Shown here: piece by piece, positions 63,804 to 64,000 of the stretch | Numbering within the stretch: the stretch's first letter is position 1 | How the letters are laid out: every line of letters starts with the position of its first letter | DNA from: Hemiscyllium ocellatum | Lineage: Eukaryota | Direction: 5' to 3' | Length of the DNA stretch: 64,000 nucleotides | Assembly: GCF_020745735.1 (NCBI RefSeq) | Contig: NC_083414.1 | Coordinates: 73,532,968-73,596,967, forward strand | Program-made: the position numbers and the translations under genes | Notes under the pieces: model-generated | What the model saw: the letters and a program-made list of their open reading frames with translations, nothing else | Database searches by the model: none | What the model was told of the DNA's origin: nothing

Positions 63804-64000
63804 GTTTCCATGAGTCGCCAGTTGGGGAACACTTCAGCGTCAAGGACATTCAGCCTCTGATCTTTGGGTAAGTATCCTCCACGGCAGCCTTCAAGATACA
63901 GAGCAATGTAGAATCACTGAGCAGAAGCTGATAGCCAAGTTATGTATCCACCTCAACCACGATCTTGGGTTCATGTTGCACTACATGTAGCCCCACCACA

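Overview
Vertebrate genomic DNA, very probably from a shark (HE1-type V-SINEs, abundant CR1 LINEs). It contains the 5' end of TMCC1 (- strand; first coding exon 1160-1732), arranged head-to-head across a CpG island with a complete ABHD14A gene (+; 4 coding exons, 264 aa). A complete RPL32 follows (+; TOP promoter, 3 coding exons, 135 aa), and there are two possible non-coding 5' exons of a further + strand gene near 58.7-59.3 kb. The rest is mostly decayed retroelements (CR1, L1/Tx1-like, L2/SINEs, a Gypsy integrase scrap) and G-rich minisatellites. The most notable hidden layer is a set of Penelope-like element (PLE) derivatives carrying about 11 minimal type-I hammerhead ribozyme motifs from three sequence families. 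Several sit in tiny (110-810 bp) TSD-flanked insertions with no intact ORF, most of them fold-back, that look like retrozyme-like non-autonomous elements. All identifications come from reading the sequence and recalled family knowledge; no searches were run, and TE boundaries are approximate.
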